Below, piece by piece: positions 61,645-64,000 of a stretch of DNA of 64,000 bases. The translations under genes and the position numbers were made by a program. The notes under the pieces were generated by a model. It saw only the letters and a program-made list of their open reading frames with translations. It made no database searches and was not told the origin of the DNA. Source of the DNA: an uncultured Chloroflexia bacterium (GTDB lineage: Bacteria > Chloroflexota > Limnocylindria > Limnocylindrales > CSP1-4). Each line of letters starts with the position of its first letter. Position 1 is the stretch's first letter. The stretch is taken from positions 96,001 to 160,000 of the forward strand of contig CAVRGP010000015.1 of assembly GCA_963720755.1 (NCBI GenBank), written 5' to 3'.

Positions 61645-63087
61645 ATGGCGGTCGGTTCCTCGAATGACTTCGATCTGGTCGTGCTCGGGGCGGGCACGGG
61701 TGGCTACTCCGCCGCATTCCGGGCCGCCCAGCTCGGCCTCAAGGTCGCCCTGATCGACGAGGACAAGATCGGCGGCACGTGTCTTCATCGTGGCTGCATC
61801 CCGACCAAGGCCCTGCTTGAGTCGGCGGGATTCGCGGATCGCGTCCGTCACGCCAAGGACTACGGCCTGACCCTGTCCGGGGACGTCGTCGTCGACTATG
61901 CCGCGATGGCGGCTCGCCGGGACGCCGTCGTCAAGCGGATGTGGACTGGGCTCAAAACGCTGATCGACAAGAACAAGGTGACCTGGATCGCTGGGCGCGG
62001 CCGGCTCGATGGGCCCGGCAAGGTGCTGGTCAGCCAGGCAGGCGAGGATGGCACGCCGGGCGCCGGTGGCGACCGGCTGTTGAACGCCACGGACATCATC
62101 ATCGCCACCGGCTCGCGGGTGAAGTCGCTGCAAGGCCTGGATCCCGACGGTGTTCGGATCGTGACGAGCGACGACGTCCTCAAGCTGGATACCCTGCCGA
62201 AGGACATCGTCATCGTCGGCGGCGGGGCAGTCGGGGTCGAATTCGCCAGCATGTTCAGCGATGTCGGGGTCAAGGTGACCCTGCTCGAATACCTTCCGCA
62301 GATCGTTCCGCTCGAGGATCTGGACGTCAGCAAGGTCGTCGAGCGTTCGTTCACGAAGCGGGGCATCACGGTCATGACCAACGCACGGTTCGATCCCGGT
62401 TCCGTGATCACGGACAAGTCGGGGATCCGCCTGATGGTCGGGCCCGAGGGCAAGGATCCCACCGAGCTGGGAGCCGAGATGATGCTGGTCGCCACCGGCC
62501 GCGCCGCCAACATCGAGGGGATCGGGCTGGAAACCACGACCGTCGAGACCGACCGCGGTGTCATCAAGGTCAATGGCCGGATGCGGACCCGAGAGCCGCA
62601 CGTCTACGCGATCGGTGACGTGATCGGGGGATTGTGGCTGGCCCACACTGCGGGGCACGAGGGGATCATCGCCGCGCATACGATCGCCGGAGACCCCGAC
62701 GTCCACGACATGGACTACACGAAACAACCCCACGCCACGTATTGCCGGCCGGAGGTTGCATCGATCGGCCTGACCGAGGCTCAATGCCTGGAGCGCGGTC
62801 ACAAGATCAAGATCGGCAAGATGCCGTTCCAGGCCATCGCCAAGGCCCTCATCGGCGGTGAGTACGAGGGTTTCGCCAAGGTGATCGCCGACGCCGAGAC
62901 GGACGAGACGCTCGGGATCCACATCGTCGGTCCTCACGCGACCGACCTCATCGCCGAGGCGTCGCTCGGCTTCGAGCTGGAGGCGACCGCCTGGGAGATC
63001 GGCGGCGCGACCCATGCCCATCCCACGCTGTCCGAGGTCCTCGGCGAAGCGGCCATGGCCGTGGACGGTCGGTCGATCAACTTCTAG
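61645..63087 (+). CDS. lpdA: Dihydrolipoyl dehydrogenase
   Basis: GGTCLHRGCIPTK, ATGS, GGGAVG, AIGD, HAHPTLSE. Confidence 0.96.
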   Translation: MAVGSSNDFDLVVLGAGTGGYSAAFRAAQLGLKVALIDEDKIGGTCLHRGCIPTKALLESAGFADRVRHAKDYGLTLSGDVVVDYAAMAARRDAVVKRMWTGLKTLIDKNKVTWIAGRGRLDGPGKVLVSQAGEDGTPGAGGDRLLNATDIIIATGSRVKSLQGLDPDGVRIVTSDDVLKLDTLPKDIVIVGGGAVGVEFASMFSDVGVKVTLLEYLPQIVPLEDLDVSKVVERSFTKRGITVMTNARFDPGSVITDKSGIRLMVGPEGKDPTELGAEMMLVATGRAANIEGIGLETTTVETDRGVIKVNGRMRTREPHVYAIGDVIGGLWLAHTAGHEGIIAAHTIAGDPDVHDMDYTKQPHATYCRPEVASIGLTEAQCLERGHKIKIGKMPFQAIAKALIGGEYEGFAKVIADAETDETLGIHIVGPHATDLIAEASLGFELEATAWEIGGATHAHPTLSEVLGEAAMAVDGRSINF

Positions 63088-63107
63088 CCAGGGAGGCCTG
63101 ACCAGCG

Positions 63108-64000
63108 ATGGCCGTGACCAGGGGAAGCGATCCGCACCTCGGCAGTCCGTTCGGCTTGTCCGACGACGACCTCCTCGAGATGTACCGGTACGTCGCCCTG
63201 GCACGCGCCGTCGATGAGCGGATGTGGATCCTCAATCGGGCCGGTCGGATCCCGTTCGTCATCAGCGGTCAGGGCCATGAGGGAGCGCAGGTCGGCATCG
63301 CCTGGGCGTTCCAGCGTGGACACGACTGGATCGCGCCCTTCTACCGCTCGATCGCGACCTGTATGACCTTCGGGATGAGCGCCCGAGACATCATGACCGC
63401 CCAGTACGCGACGGCCTCGGACCCGTCATCGGGCGGACGGCAGATGCCGGGTCACTACGGCAGTCGCGAACACAACATCGTGTCGGTCTCGTCGCCCGTC
63501 GCGACCCAGCTGCTCCACGCGGTCGGGATCGCCCTGGCCGCCAAGATCCGCAAGACGGGCCAGGTCGCGATGGCGAGCATGGGTGAGGGTTCCTCGAACC
63601 AGGGCGACGTCCATGAAGGGCTCAACTTCGCCGCCATCCACAAGCTCCCGTTCGTCTTCGTGGTCGAGAACAACGGGTACGCGATCAGCGTCCCCGCCGC
63701 GATGGAGGTATCGGTCGCGGACGTCGCCGACCGGGCATCGGGCTACGGCATCCCCGGGATCGTGGTCGACGGTGCCGATGTCCTGGCCTGCTACGGGGCG
63801 GCCCGCGACGCGGTCGCACGAGCCCGGGCGGGCGATGGACCGACCCTGATCGAGGCCAAGGTCACCCGCCTGACCGCCCATTCCTCGGATGACCAGCAGA
63901 CCAAGTACCGGTCGGAGGAGGAGCTGCTGGCCGAGCGCGGTCACGATGCGCTGCCGCGGTTCCGGACGCAGCTCCGGGATGCCGGCATCCTGACCGAGGC
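63108..64000 (+). CDS. Branched-chain 2-oxoacid dehydrogenase E1 alpha (3' truncated)
   Basis: Own translation: LNRAGRIPFVISGQGHEGAQVG, GRQMPGH, GEGSSNQGD..NNGYAIS, HSSDD. Confidence 0.9.
   Translation, partial: MAVTRGSDPHLGSPFGLSDDDLLEMYRYVALARAVDERMWILNRAGRIPFVISGQGHEGAQVGIAWAFQRGHDWIAPFYRSIATCMTFGMSARDIMTAQYATASDPSSGGRQMPGHYGSREHNIVSVSSPVATQLLHAVGIALAAKIRKTGQVAMASMGEGSSNQGDVHEGLNFAAIHKLPFVFVVENNGYAISVPAAMEVSVADVADRASGYGIPGIVVDGADVLACYGAARDAVARARAGDGPTLIEAKVTRLTAHSSDDQQTKYRSEEELLAERGHDALPRFRTQLRDAGILTE

Overview
GC-rich bacterial chromosomal segment (by inference from gene repertoire possibly Chloroflexota, e.g. Limnocylindria-like; not provable here) with about 60 CDS, one tRNA-Gln(CTG) and a TPP riboswitch. 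I saw no integrase, transposase, prophage or CRISPR. Main blocks: (i) 9.4-28.4 kb, a putative hypoxia/NO-response region: DosS/DosR-like two-component system, USP, DsbB/TlpA, flavodoxin, CoA-transferase, a tiny aeRF1-like protein, a 4-subunit 2-oxoacid:ferredoxin oxidoreductase, and a cupredoxin-fused NirK with an Rrf2 regulator. Paired DosR-like boxes recur in its intergenic regions. (ii) An AT3/SGNH O-acetylation trio and a c-di-GMP EAL/GGDEF pair next to the tRNA. (iii) Cell-envelope genes (LCP, VanY, CE7 esterase). (iv) metY-metX preceded by what looks like an undescribed Met-Cys-Met leader-peptide transcription attenuator. (v) TetR-MFS with two operators, a TPP-ykoEDC ECF transporter, mutY, nnrE, glpD, plsY, lpdA and a BCKDH E1-alpha running off the end. 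Four genes carry frameshifts or deletions that may be sequencing artefacts. All functional calls come from motif recognition by eye, not from database searches.
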